Virus record (IMG/VR): IMGVR_UViG_3300036846_000743
Span: 1 to 64,000 of that record
DNA: 64,000 bases
Strand: one strand, 5' to 3'
Below, one piece after another: positions 1-9,428 of this stretch. Position 1 is the stretch's first letter, and every line of letters begins with the position of its first letter. The notes below the pieces were generated by a model. The model did no database searches. It was not told where the DNA came from and saw nothing but the letters and a program-made list of their open reading frames with translations. The translations under genes were made by a program, and so were the position numbers.

Positions 1-363
1 ATCAGCCGCCAGTGCACATGGCAGACAGTCGTCGTCGAGCGTGATGACGACATCGGCCCCATGCTCGAGCACCGCGGCCAGAAAGCCCCAGGTCTTGATG
101 CCCGAGTCGCAGCGGGCCAACCAGCCCGGCAGATCGTGAGAGTCACACGACCGGCTGATCGTACCCCAGTCGTAGCAGGTCAACCCATCCCAGCTGCCTT
201 CGACCCGCGGATCGTCGGGCGTGAACTGCGGACCGCCGCCATCCTGGACCAAGATCGTGACGTCCCAGGGGAACCCCTTCTTGCCATACCAGGCGTCGAT
301 GAACTCGCGGAACTGTTCCTCGCGGTTAGACGCGACGACCACGCCGACCTTACGCTCTTCCAC
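1..363 (-). CDS. RGP/GT75-like (reversibly glycosylated polypeptide, UDP-sugar mutase-like) glycosyltransferase, 3' end outside window
   Basis: Not in the ORF track because it runs off the edge. Manual translation: GTG at 363 with AGGAG RBS, VEERKVGVVVASNREEQF...RCDSGIKTWGFLAAVLEHGADVVITLDDDCLP. The DS-x-x-x-x-GF...I/V-T-L-DDDC pattern resembles RGP-family proteins. Confidence 0.65.
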   Translation of the reverse strand, partial: MEERKVGVVVASNREEQFREFIDAWYGKKGFPWDVTILVQDGGGPQFTPDDPRVEGSWDGLTCYDWGTISRSCDSHDLPGWLARCDSGIKTWGFLAAVLEHGADVVITLDDDCLPCALAAD

Positions 364-373
364 GATGGTTCTC

Positions 374-1237
374 CTAGACGATGTCTTTGAACTCACGCGG
401 CATCGGAGCCAGATCAGCTGCCCTCGCTGGCGGGTTATCAATGTTGCGGTACCACCATTCCCTGAGCTGCTCCTCATCGTGGAACCGGTTCTGGGCGCCG
501 GCCGTGGGGTGATACCGGTCTGCCTCGTTCCAGTTCCGCGCAGAAGTCCGCTTCCACCTAGCCACAGCGATACGCCAGTCGACCTTGTGCAGGTGCAGGA
601 GCAACAGCTCAGGGTCCGCAGCCACATCGACAGGCATGAACTGGTCCGTGGTGCCCTCCACGCGGCTGAATGGCTGATGGAACCCGTTGTCCCAGTGCGG
701 CGGTATGCGCCAGATCAGAACCTTGGAGTAGAGCCATGACCAGTAATACCAGCCCCGACGCTCGAGAACATGACCGCCCAGCGGTAATACCTCGGCGGGA
801 TCGAGAGCAGGCTCGTGATCGATGCGGTGGACGACCTCGTAGCCGTTGCAGCGCGCGGCCGGCGCGCCTTTGAGGTACCAGTTATCGAGCCAGCGCATCA
901 GATCGCGTTTAGGAACCCTGCCAGGATGGAGCGTGACGATCTCGTCAACTTCGGTGAACATCACCGTGTCATAGGAACCGAGCAGGAACTCCGCAAACTG
1001 CTGAACTCGCTCACGCAGCCAGGTATGATCGAACGACGCATCATGGTAGACGCGGATCAGGTTGGTATCCTTGAAGACCGGGACCCGCAACCACTCGGGC
1101 CCGATGTCGCCCTCTTCGGGGAGCGGATGATAGAGCACATACATGTTGTTCGGTGAATAGTGGCCGCGGTAATACTTGTGCCAGAGCGGGAAGAAGAACG
1201 GCTCATCCTGAACGATCGTGAAAACAGCGTGTCTCAC
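374..1237 (-). CDS. GT-A fold glycosyltransferase (GT2-like)
   Basis: AVFTIVQDEPFFFPLWHKYY N-terminal strand and VMFTEVDEIV DxD-like motif. Probable GTG start at 1237 with AAGGGA RBS. Confidence 0.7.
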   Translation of the reverse strand: MRHAVFTIVQDEPFFFPLWHKYYRGHYSPNNMYVLYHPLPEEGDIGPEWLRVPVFKDTNLIRVYHDASFDHTWLRERVQQFAEFLLGSYDTVMFTEVDEIVTLHPGRVPKRDLMRWLDNWYLKGAPAARCNGYEVVHRIDHEPALDPAEVLPLGGHVLERRGWYYWSWLYSKVLIWRIPPHWDNGFHQPFSRVEGTTDQFMPVDVAADPELLLLHLHKVDWRIAVARWKRTSARNWNEADRYHPTAGAQNRFHDEEQLREWWYRNIDNPPARAADLAPMPREFKDIV

Positions 1238-1250
1238 AGAGGGCACTCCC

Positions 1251-1961
1251 TTGCTATGCGTCATCGTGCTGCCAATACCTCGCAGCGGCTCGAGCATGGT
1301 AGCCGGTATCCTGGAACAGCTTGGCATCGACATGGGGCCGTGCAAGCCTCCCGACCTTGCCAACCCGCTTGGCTACTTTGAGGACATCAGGTTCTGGTGG
1401 ATGCACCGGTCCTGGTCGCGTCGCTACGAGACCGACAGTGCGCGGCTCCGGCTGAGACTGCCGTCCTGGAATCCCGCGCTGAGTGCGGTCGACCTGCGAC
1501 GTTATGACCGGTTGATCCGCACCTGCGAACAGCGGCCATGCTGGGGCGTCAAAGACCCGGAACTCTGTTACTACGCCTCGACTTTCGCGGCCACGCTGCG
1601 CCAGCCTTTCCGGGTGATCGCGACGACGCGCAATCTGAACGACGTAATCCAGAGCCTGGACTATGTGCGCCGTTCCTCGTCGGCCAACAATACGATGATC
1701 GCGCATGACTACGTCCGCCGGCAGACCTCGGCGATCGAGGAGCTGGAAGCGCACGGCATCGCCCCGACGATGCGGATCGACTATGACGCAGCCCTCGACG
1801 ATCCTGATGCCATGGTGCAACGGATCGCCGAGCACGTAGGGCTGCCCGTGACGGAGGCCGCGGCGTCGTTCATCTCGCCTGAGCTTCGCCGTCACGGGCA
1901 GGAACAGCCTGGGAATACGCTGCGTAACGACGATCAAGGGGTCACCACCTCGACGACGTAG
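1251..1961 (+). CDS. Sulfotransferase family protein
   Basis: VIVLPIPRSGSSMVAGIL PAPS-binding loop, NPLGYFED, WGVKDP, IATTRN, and a C-terminal IDYDAALDDP motif. Start uncertain (TTG 1251 or GTG 1218). Confidence 0.8.
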   Translation: MLCVIVLPIPRSGSSMVAGILEQLGIDMGPCKPPDLANPLGYFEDIRFWWMHRSWSRRYETDSARLRLRLPSWNPALSAVDLRRYDRLIRTCEQRPCWGVKDPELCYYASTFAATLRQPFRVIATTRNLNDVIQSLDYVRRSSSANNTMIAHDYVRRQTSAIEELEAHGIAPTMRIDYDAALDDPDAMVQRIAEHVGLPVTEAAASFISPELRRHGQEQPGNTLRNDDQGVTTSTT

Positions 1962-2686
1962 TCCTTTTTGCGCACGCGAAAACAATGCTTCCCCAAGAAC
2001 CGGGTCGTAGGCTTCTGATCGTCCTCGAAGTTGTTCTCTGGCAGCTGCACGAACCGGTCCACGTAGGGCCGCTTCCCGTTCACGATCGCGATGACGATCC
2101 GGTCGGGGATCTTGGGGAACTCGATGGTGAAGTTGCGCAGCACATCACCATCGGCCTGATCCGGCGACGGATTGCCGGCCAGCCAGCTGGTGATCTCCTT
2201 GACCTCACGCTTCGGGACATGAATCTCATAGTAGTTGGCGGGATCGATCGGGAAGACGTGCTCCCGCTTGATGTTGGTCCAGGGCTCGCCGGCCACGTCG
2301 GTGAACGCGACGGTCCCGTTGGAGTCTCGCGTGATACCGTTCTCGTCAGTCAGGATGCTCTGTCCTGGAAACCGGTAAACGGCCTGCATGCCGACCATGT
2401 TGGCCGGGCGGGTCACAGGCTCGTCCGTAGCGACATCGCCGTTATCGCTGGGCTCCGCCGGGCCCTCTTCGGCTTCAGCCTCGGGCTCTGGCTCAGGGTC
2501 GCCAGCGCCGGTAGCAAAGTAGGCGTCGATGTACCCGCTCAGGGTCATCCCCTCGAGTTCATCCTTCAGGTCGGTGTATTCGCACAGGAGTGCGAGCTGC
2601 ACTTCGGCGTCGAGTCCTTTCGCGATGTGGTGACCCTGGATCGTATCCCAGGTCGTGACCTTCTGTGTGACCTTCTGCGTGGCCAT
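1934..2686 (-). CDS. Hypothetical protein
   Basis: ORF with GGAG RBS before MATQKV and an acidic Pro/Glu linker. Confidence 0.6.
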   Translation of the reverse strand: MATQKVTQKVTTWDTIQGHHIAKGLDAEVQLALLCEYTDLKDELEGMTLSGYIDAYFATGAGDPEPEPEAEAEEGPAEPSDNGDVATDEPVTRPANMVGMQAVYRFPGQSILTDENGITRDSNGTVAFTDVAGEPWTNIKREHVFPIDPANYYEIHVPKREVKEITSWLAGNPSPDQADGDVLRNFTIEFPKIPDRIVIAIVNGKRPYVDRFVQLPENNFEDDQKPTTRFLGKHCFRVRKKDYVVEVVTP

Positions 2687-2957
2687 GCATATTCTCCGTT
2701 TTCTCGTCAAGTGGAACGATCAGCAAGAGGCCATCCGAGCTATCGAAATAGCAAGCGACACCATCAGTAGTGACCCGATCGCTCGTGCTGGGCTTCTTCC
2801 TGGTGCGTCCAGTTCGCAGCTTAACGGCAACACTATCATTGCCGCTACTCAGCGTTTCCGTTCTCGACATTTTTGGCTCCTGATACGGGAGACGATCATA
2901 AAAGATCGACTCCAGGCCGGCGAGGGCGCACCTCGCCGGCGCAGGTTATAGGCGTGA

Positions 2958-3215
2958 TCACACCCTGAAGCCCTTGCCATGCTTGTCGGTGGCGAACAGC
3001 GCGCCCGGACCGTTGCCCTCGGAGTCGCGCGCCGCGTAGATCCTGGTGCCGTCGCTCAGCACCAGCACGGACGGCGCCCCGTGACGACCCTTCTCCCAGC
3101 TCTCGGCTTCCAGCTCGGTACGGCTCATCTTGCGAAGGCTCACAATCACGCGGCCCGTCACGCCGTCAGGATGGAGTTCCTCGGGTTTCGGACTTGGTTC
3201 GGTCTTCTCGGCCAT
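2958..3215 (-). CDS. Hypothetical protein
   Basis: GAGGAGG RBS before MAEKTE; tiles with neighbouring genes. Confidence 0.55.
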   Translation of the reverse strand: MAEKTEPSPKPEELHPDGVTGRVIVSLRKMSRTELEAESWEKGRHGAPSVLVLSDGTRIYAARDSEGNGPGALFATDKHGKGFRV

Positions 3216-3423
3216 CTGGTTCCTCCTCGGAGTCAATGTCAACATCCACAAGGCGATAAACATCATCCCATTCAAGGCCGCAGCCGCCACATGTGACAGA
3301 CTGCCAGGCGTAGCCGGCGTCAGCGTTGAACGAGGCGCCGTTGAGATCATCGCTGCCGCAGCGCGGACACTTCGTGCCCTGGTGATCGATGTAATGCCGC
3401 CAGTCGAGCTGGGGCTCGCTCAT
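3166..3423 (-). CDS. Small zinc-ribbon protein
   Basis: CPRC...CGGC pairs; GAGGAGG RBS. Confidence 0.6.
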   Translation of the reverse strand: MSEPQLDWRHYIDHQGTKCPRCGSDDLNGASFNADAGYAWQSVTCGGCGLEWDDVYRLVDVDIDSEEEPDGREDRTKSETRGTPS

Positions 3424-3438
3424 GTCCAAACATCCTCC

Positions 3439-3621
3439 TCATGTGATATCGCTGCTGTCCACGACCCGGAAGCTCTGACTAGCCGGGGCCTGGATCTCGA
3501 CCTTGATGATCCGCGGATCACTGCTCAGCCGATAGGAACGATAAACGGTGCAGATCTCGTTGGTCTCCTTGAGGATCACCTCATCGCCGTTGTGTAGCTT
3601 CAGCGCGTCACGTCTCCGCAT
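3439..3621 (-). CDS. Hypothetical protein
   Basis: GAGGAGG RBS before MRRRDALK. Confidence 0.5.
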   Translation of the reverse strand: MRRRDALKLHNGDEVILKETNEICTVYRSYRLSSDPRIIKVEIQAPASQSFRVVDSSDIT

Positions 3622-3892
3622 CAGCTTCCTCCTCGTCCTCATCCCAGCCACTTTGGAACGTCACGCGGTAAGGCTGGCCCGGCACAGCGCACAGCGACGT
3701 CAGCTTGGCGCCGTTACCCATGGCCGCGTCGAACTCCTCGAGCGTACGGCCCCCTCGCCTCCAGGCAAACTGAAGCGCCCCCAGGTGCTCCTGGGTAGCA
3801 ATGCCGAAGTCGGCGATCGCCGCCGGCCGTGGCCAGACATCAAGCGCCAGGCATTCGAGCAGGTGTACGGTCAGATCACGGATCGCTGACAT
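3608..3892 (-). CDS. Hypothetical protein
   Basis: AAGGAGG RBS before MSAIRD. Confidence 0.5.
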   Translation of the reverse strand: MSAIRDLTVHLLECLALDVWPRPAAIADFGIATQEHLGALQFAWRRGGRTLEEFDAAMGNGAKLTSLCAVPGQPYRVTFQSGWDEDEEEADAET

Positions 3893-4193
3893 GTTCGTCC
3901 TCCTTGGTTGGAGCCGGTACGGCGGCCGGCTCTCGCTTGTAGCCATAGATGCGAAGAGTCTTACCGTCGGCCATCTTGCATAGGATATCGTCGATGCCAG
4001 GTTCCATCGCCTCGTCGATCGAAGCGTACTGGGTTTGATCATCACGGACCAGCTGGCCCAGAACGGTCTCACCGTTATCGAGCCACTCGTTGATCCACTC
4101 GGCCCGCATCGCCATCTCGGTCTGCTGGAGGGTAAAATACATCCTCCCGGAAAACCGCCGGCGCTGCGGCCGAGCTTTGTTGGCCTCATTCAT
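3876..4193 (-). CDS. Hypothetical protein
   Basis: ORF tiling with overlapping start/stop and an RBS. Confidence 0.5.
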   Translation of the reverse strand: MNEANKARPQRRRFSGRMYFTLQQTEMAMRAEWINEWLDNGETVLGQLVRDDQTQYASIDEAMEPGIDDILCKMADGKTLRIYGYKREPAAVPAPTKEDEHVSDP

Positions 4194-4639
4194 GTGGCTT
4201 CCTCTTCCTTGTCGTCTTTCTCCGCGTCATGAGGCTTGGGCGCATCCACCCCCGGGAACTCGATCCCGAACGACTCGAGCAAGATGCCGACATCCTGCCA
4301 GCGATCGGCGTTCCATTCCTTCTCTTCGTCCCAGTGGTTCTCCCGGTAGTCGAACCAGAGGATATTCACGAGCTGCTGCTCGAAGGTCTGCGTCTCCATT
4401 GCAGCAAACGGGGTATGACGTTCGTTGATGCGAACTTCGCTGTAACCCTCGGGCACGGCATCGGCAAAGCCTTCGATCTTGTCTTCGGGCCTGGACCAGG
4501 TAAGTCCCAGGAACAGGCCCTTGAGCCGTTCCAGGGTACATATCGGCCCGAGCGCCCGTAGCTGGGTGGCACCAAATAGGCGCACCAGGATCCAGACCGG
4601 CCTGGGCAACAGGCCGGCCGTCTTCGGTTCTTGTGTCAT
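4190..4639 (-). CDS. Hypothetical protein
   Basis: ORF tiling with 4-bp overlap to the next gene. Confidence 0.5.
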   Translation of the reverse strand: MTQEPKTAGLLPRPVWILVRLFGATQLRALGPICTLERLKGLFLGLTWSRPEDKIEGFADAVPEGYSEVRINERHTPFAAMETQTFEQQLVNILWFDYRENHWDEEKEWNADRWQDVGILLESFGIEFPGVDAPKPHDAEKDDKEEEAT

Positions 4640-4753
4640 TGATAGTCTCACGCAGTCGGTTCAGGGATGTCGTAATGCGACGTGTCCAGCCGCTCGCATT
4701 TCGGGCATCCTACGCTGAGAGTCCGGCGCGGAACGCAGCATTTCGACATCAGT

Positions 4754-5107
4754 TCAGTCCCCTTCCAGGATCCGGATATTGTTCTCGCCCCACGGGCTGC
4801 TCTCATCATTGCCTTGTCGCTGCGCGCCCGTACGGTTGATGCCGCGCGGGATCACGCTGCCAGGGTTCAACTTGATGACTAGCTCATGCAGACACTTCTT
4901 GCAGAACCGGCCATCGCGAGTGATGGCCTCCGCACTCTCGCAGCTAATGCAGCGCCCGTCTGGACGAGGGTCAGGCAGATCCGGCGCGCTTGGCCAGTCT
5001 CCCCTGGCCGGCCTGGCCGGCTCACCAGCTGGTATCGGCTGCGGCTCAAGTATCCGACGTCTTCTCCCCACGTTACTTCTCCCACCAAGGCTTGACGACC
5101 GGATCAC
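4754..5107 (-). CDS. Hypothetical zinc-finger protein
   Basis: CISC...CKKC pairs; start uncertain. Confidence 0.45.
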   Translation of the reverse strand: MIRSSSLGGRSNVGRRRRILEPQPIPAGEPARPARGDWPSAPDLPDPRPDGRCISCESAEAITRDGRFCKKCLHELVIKLNPGSVIPRGINRTGAQRQGNDESSPWGENNIRILEGD

Positions 5108-5345
5108 GCGGACGGTCGTCAGCTTCCGGATCGACGTAATAATGACCCCGCCCGGTGCGGGAGTCAGTCTCTGAGCAGTTCTCCTTGAGCTGCATCAGGC
5201 AACGCATACGGCTTTTCGGACCGGTGCCGAACGCCTCTTCGGCCTCGCCACATTCCGGACAGGTTGCGCGCACCCCACGCTGGGACAGTCCAGACTTCTC
5301 ATCACGCAGGTTGACTTCCTCGAATTCCAGTTCGATCTTGGCCAT
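5073..5345 (-). CDS. Hypothetical zinc-ribbon protein
   Basis: CPECG motif followed by C...C. Confidence 0.55.
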   Translation of the reverse strand: MAKIELEFEEVNLRDEKSGLSQRGVRATCPECGEAEEAFGTGPKSRMRCLMQLKENCSETDSRTGRGHYYVDPEADDRPRDPVVKPWWEK

Positions 5346-5383
5346 GATTCGTCGCCTTTACTCGGTAAGCCATATCGTCCGGA

Positions 5384-5950
5384 TCACGGTTTGGCCCTCG
5401 CAGCGACGGGCTCGATAAATTCCCACCCGAGTATGTTGATGGTCGGGGCGAAGTCCGGCTGCTCCAGGTAGTAGATGTTCTGCTGGGTGTACATCGCTGC
5501 GATCCTGGCGTAGGCGTCCCGCGTCTGGGTCGGGTTCCCGATCGTCGTGCCCCAGTCCAGGGCCATCATGATCCCGTCGTAGGGCGGGCCGAAGCTCTTG
5601 ATCTTGGCGCCGTTATCGGCCTTGATGTCATCGCGAATGGCGTCCTTCTGGGCGCTGGAGAGCAACGCTATGTCCGCGTAGATGTCCCAGAGCCTCCGGA
5701 CGCGTTTGGGGGAGATGTCCAGGGTCATGACGGTCTGGTCGCCCTCGACGATCTGCTCCGGCGTGGCCTCGGGAAGATAGCTGATATCCACCACGAGCCC
5801 GTCGTCGCGAACAACGACATGCTTTTCGGGCGGGTATTCCTCCGCGGGATCCAGCGTGGCCACGCCGTTGATCGGTATGCCGTCATTGGTCAGCGCCATG
5901 TGGAACATCTGGACCGGCTCTTCGAGCGTCAAGTTGGGTACGTTTGTCAT
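5384..5950 (-). CDS. Hypothetical protein
   Basis: GGAGGG RBS; 188 aa ORF with typical protein composition. Confidence 0.6.
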   Translation of the reverse strand: MTNVPNLTLEEPVQMFHMALTNDGIPINGVATLDPAEEYPPEKHVVVRDDGLVVDISYLPEATPEQIVEGDQTVMTLDISPKRVRRLWDIYADIALLSSAQKDAIRDDIKADNGAKIKSFGPPYDGIMMALDWGTTIGNPTQTRDAYARIAAMYTQQNIYYLEQPDFAPTINILGWEFIEPVAARAKP

Positions 5951-6024
5951 CGGTCATCCCTCCGAAAGACTCGACTATGCTAGGTCTTGCGACCACAATC
6001 ATGGTTTCATCGGTTTGCCTTTTT

Positions 6025-6267
6025 TCACTCGGTGAGCCGGACCGTCCGGACGACTTTCCTGGCCCGATCTGCGATCTCTCTGGGACACTCGGAATGATCG
6101 ACATCCACGACGACCAGGAAGTACGGCCGGTTGTTCACGACTTTTTCCAGCCTGGGATAACGAACGTCCCAAGCTGCAATCTCTTCAGGAGTCGCGTCGC
6201 GGATGTATGGCGCGCTCTCCAGTTCCGAGCAGCCTTCGGCGCCCAGTAGAATCGTACAAGCCATCAC
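6025..6267 (-). CDS. Hypothetical protein
   Basis: GGAGG RBS and ORF tiling. Confidence 0.5.
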   Translation of the reverse strand: MMACTILLGAEGCSELESAPYIRDATPEEIAAWDVRYPRLEKVVNNRPYFLVVVDVDHSECPREIADRARKVVRTVRLTE

Positions 6268-6480
6268 ACCTCCCCATCGATCATGGCCTGCGCGTCCTTG
6301 CGCTCATCGGCGTTGTGAATCTCGGCCCGCGTCCGCCAGTGGGCCATACCCAGCCAGCGGCCATAGGTACCCCGTCTGCCCCAGCGGCCGCCGAGCCGAG
6401 CCCAGTTGTCCTCCGGCCAGCCGAAGAACTTAGTGTTGCGGGACTTGATCTTGCGGATCTTCAGCCTGGTTGTCTTCACG
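6264..6480 (-). CDS. Small basic hypothetical protein
   Basis: Probable GTG start at 6480 (VKTTRLKIRK) after a GGGAG RBS; 3' part of the listed ORF 6264..6722. Confidence 0.4.
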
Positions 6481-6912
6481 CGTTGTCTCCCTGGTTTGGC
6501 TAGACGATGCCGTAGCGGCGCCAGCTCGAGCCCATTCGATACGGTAGTTGCCGATTGCTGCCTCGGCTTCATCGGTTGTGCAATTGAGCGTGTCACAAGC
6601 CGCCCAAACAGCTTTCGCGAACTCCTCGGGCGTGCCGTGTCTTTCTCGTAGCTCCGCTTGACCCGGCGATAGCACAGGTTTCCATGAAGGCCAGAGTATC
6701 TTGAAGCCTTCCTCCATCTCATCGATCAGGGCCCGGACCATATCCGGCTTATCGATCGAGATGCTGCGCTCGCCAATGCCCACCACGAACCGGTTCTTGC
6801 GTCCGCAGCCACAATCGCAAGCGGTCATGGCGCGAATGCTCGTCATGCCCTGGCCTGGGCCTGGTTTCCCCAGCACGCATAGTATGCGCTGCTCTCCATG
6901 TTTTGGTATCAA
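6430..6912 (-). CDS. Hypothetical protein carrying an HGTPEEF domain
   Basis: GAGG RBS; shares a ~36 aa motif with the upstream ORF. Confidence 0.55.
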   Translation of the reverse strand: MIPKHGEQRILCVLGKPGPGQGMTSIRAMTACDCGCGRKNRFVVGIGERSISIDKPDMVRALIDEMEEGFKILWPSWKPVLSPGQAELRERHGTPEEFAKAVWAACDTLNCTTDEAEAAIGNYRIEWARAGAATASSSQTRETTREDNQAEDPQDQVPQH

Positions 6913-6924
6913 TCATGCCTCCTC

Positions 6925-7599
6925 TCAGCCGTTAAAACGCTTGATGTTGAGCCCAATGATCCTGGCCAGTAGCAAGCCCTGATCGAGTATCTTGTCGCTC
7001 ACCGCCCTGGCCGCTTCCAGGGTGGGAAACTTGAAGCTCGTCTGGCTGATATGCCTGCCACCGTCCACGTGAATGAGCACGGCAAACTTACCGTTCTCTT
7101 CGAGAATGCTGGCACAGATGACATCCGGAGCGGGTTCATCTGTCCGGTTCTCCTGGAGTGATCGATCGCCAGCGGCGACCCATTCCTTGCGATACCGGGT
7201 GATCGCTTCCATGGCCTCGCTGGCATCGATCATCTTGTCGTAGAACGCAGCCCACGTGGCCTTCTCGAACTCCTCGGGCGTGCCATGCGCGGCCTGGAGC
7301 TTGTCCTGGGTCGTCACCGTGCCTTCCTGTGGCGTCTGGCCCAGCCAGAACCGCGGATCACGTTGCGCCCTCTGGGTCCGATCCTTATGCTCATTGACGA
7401 CGTCCTGGGAATAGGCCATCTTCTTCTGGCCATCGTGGGAAACCTCCATGGGCCCGCCACAGTACAGGCAGCGAACCCGCGCCGCCCGGGTCATCTCGTG
7501 GCGTTTTGCAAAGCGGAACTTGCCGCAATCGCGACATTTCATCCTCAGTGCGTGTCGGGTGGCCCTCCCTATCCTGCGCATTTCTTCTTCGTTCATCAC
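6925..7599 (-). CDS. Hypothetical protein: N-terminal zinc finger plus HGTPEEF domain
   Basis: CRDC...CLYC pairs, then HGTPEEFEKATWAA...EAITRYRKEW. Confidence 0.55.
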   Translation of the reverse strand: MMNEEEMRRIGRATRHALRMKCRDCGKFRFAKRHEMTRAARVRCLYCGGPMEVSHDGQKKMAYSQDVVNEHKDRTQRAQRDPRFWLGQTPQEGTVTTQDKLQAAHGTPEEFEKATWAAFYDKMIDASEAMEAITRYRKEWVAAGDRSLQENRTDEPAPDVICASILEENGKFAVLIHVDGGRHISQTSFKFPTLEAARAVSDKILDQGLLLARIIGLNIKRFNG

Positions 7600-7605
7600 G
7601 CATCC

Positions 7606-9387
7606 TCAACCTTGTTTGATCTTGGGAACCGGGAATAGCAAAGTCGGGGTATCAGGCGGCAGGAATGTCCGCTTGAGCAGCACCCAACACGCCGGGTTGA
7701 ACATGAGCACCTTCACGTGCTCGCGTTCGAGTCGTTTCATGCGGAACACGGGGATATACAGGGGCGGCACCTCGATCCCTTTCTCCTCGGCCTCGAGCCG
7801 CGCGACTGTGTTCTTAACGACCTTGACGTTTTCCGCGCGGCAAAGCCGCTTCATCCATAAGGATGCCTTGCCGTAGTCTGGACAGTGATCGAGGCCGAAC
7901 GACTTATCGGTCAGCTTGGGTGCCCGCTTGAGGGCATCGGCCACGCCGTCCATCTCGACGTATTCCTTGGCCGTGGCGAACATCTGATGGCTCGGCAGGA
8001 TCAGCTGAATCGTCTGCCGGGACAGCTCCAGCTGCTCACGGTTGCTGACGGCAATGTCGGCCAGCCGGGCCACGGCCCCGGTCATGGTCGCAATCAGCTC
8101 GGCCAGCTCGCCGGGAGGAGCGCCATGGGCCTTGACGGCCTTCAGGACGATCGGTTCGAGCGTCGCCGGCAATTCCTCCAGGATGATCGCGCGGAACGCA
8201 GCACGCAGCTCCTCGTCCGTCAGGCCGGTCTTGGCACCAGGCGCTTTGTAATGGCCGTACTTGCGAATCGACGGCAAAACGTCGTGGTACACCCACCGTC
8301 TGAACCCCTCTGCATCCTTCTTGCGACTGGTCGAGATCAGTCTGTACAAGCCCGGTTCTTTGAGCGTGACGTGAGATTGGGGGCCGCCAGGGGTATCTAC
8401 TACGCGGAGCCCCTTTTCATCGGCAGGAACTCGCGACAGAGCCTGATGAGGTTGGGCGATACCGAGCGCATCGGTGACATAAAGCCCTACCCACTCAGGA
8501 TCTTCGTACGTCCCGAAGGTCGGACACGGATACTTGTCCATGAAGATATCCGGGACGCCTACCAGAGGCTGCTCGACCGGCAATTCGGGCTCGGGTGGTG
8601 GTGCTGAAGCCTCGACTGGCTTCTGGCCAGCCGCGATCGGTATGCCGTCGGCCAGCTGAAGCTCGCCGTCGGGGGCCATCATCGCCAGGCGCGGCAACAG
8701 TCGCGGCTCGGCTGGATGCCGACCCGCCCGCCACTCCGCCCGGTCCTGCGCCGTGGACAGCTGCGCGACGTGGAACGTCATCACGCGGGCTGCATCGTCG
8801 ACGGGGATGTCGAGGAGCGTAGGCTTGGCCCAGCTGGACAGCACCTTCGTGACGGCCGCCGTACCCAGGATCAGGACCGGCGTGACGTCACGCTCCAGCC
8901 TGGCGTCTCTCGCCTTGACCGCCGCCAGGAAGGTGGACTCGGGCATCCTTCTGCGCGTGGCGGTCCAGTGATCGATGGCCTCGTCCCAGGCCATGATCAG
9001 CTCGGCGTGATGCGCCGCGAAGGGGATGTATCTGGGCAGAACGTAGCGGATGAGATTGCGGCAGAACTCGATGTAGCCGCCGACGCGCATGTGGAACGCC
9101 TTCTGGATCAGTCCCTCCACAGCGAAAAGTGTTGTGCTCCGCATTCGCGTCTTGGTGTAGATCTTGTGCGGGTCCGGCACGCGCCGCACGTACTTCTCGG
9201 AGATCCCGCCGGCGATGTCGCTGGTGCTGTACTCGCCGGTAGCCCGGCGGCCGAAGCCGCTCAACCTCGCAACCTGCTGGGCCGGGGCCCAGAGAGTATG
9301 GTCCTGGCCGGGTTCGTGGAGAATGTCGACCTCCACGTCGCCATAGAACAAGATCGTCTGCGTCTCGTAGCCTTGGAGCGCTGGCAT
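7606..9387 (-). CDS. BRO-N domain protein (phage antirepressor-like)
   Basis: PEWVGLYVTDALG...EKGLRVVDTPGGPQSHVTLKEPGLYRLISTSRKKDAEGFRRWVYHDVLPSIRKYGHY is a canonical Bro-N motif; GGAGGAGG RBS. Confidence 0.85.
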   Translation of the reverse strand: MPALQGYETQTILFYGDVEVDILHEPGQDHTLWAPAQQVARLSGFGRRATGEYSTSDIAGGISEKYVRRVPDPHKIYTKTRMRSTTLFAVEGLIQKAFHMRVGGYIEFCRNLIRYVLPRYIPFAAHHAELIMAWDEAIDHWTATRRRMPESTFLAAVKARDARLERDVTPVLILGTAAVTKVLSSWAKPTLLDIPVDDAARVMTFHVAQLSTAQDRAEWRAGRHPAEPRLLPRLAMMAPDGELQLADGIPIAAGQKPVEASAPPPEPELPVEQPLVGVPDIFMDKYPCPTFGTYEDPEWVGLYVTDALGIAQPHQALSRVPADEKGLRVVDTPGGPQSHVTLKEPGLYRLISTSRKKDAEGFRRWVYHDVLPSIRKYGHYKAPGAKTGLTDEELRAAFRAIILEELPATLEPIVLKAVKAHGAPPGELAELIATMTGAVARLADIAVSNREQLELSRQTIQLILPSHQMFATAKEYVEMDGVADALKRAPKLTDKSFGLDHCPDYGKASLWMKRLCRAENVKVVKNTVARLEAEEKGIEVPPLYIPVFRMKRLEREHVKVLMFNPACWVLLKRTFLPPDTPTLLFPVPKIKQG

Positions 9388-9428
9388 AAGAAACCTCCTC
9401 CTGGATAGGATCTAGCCCGTTCCACTGA

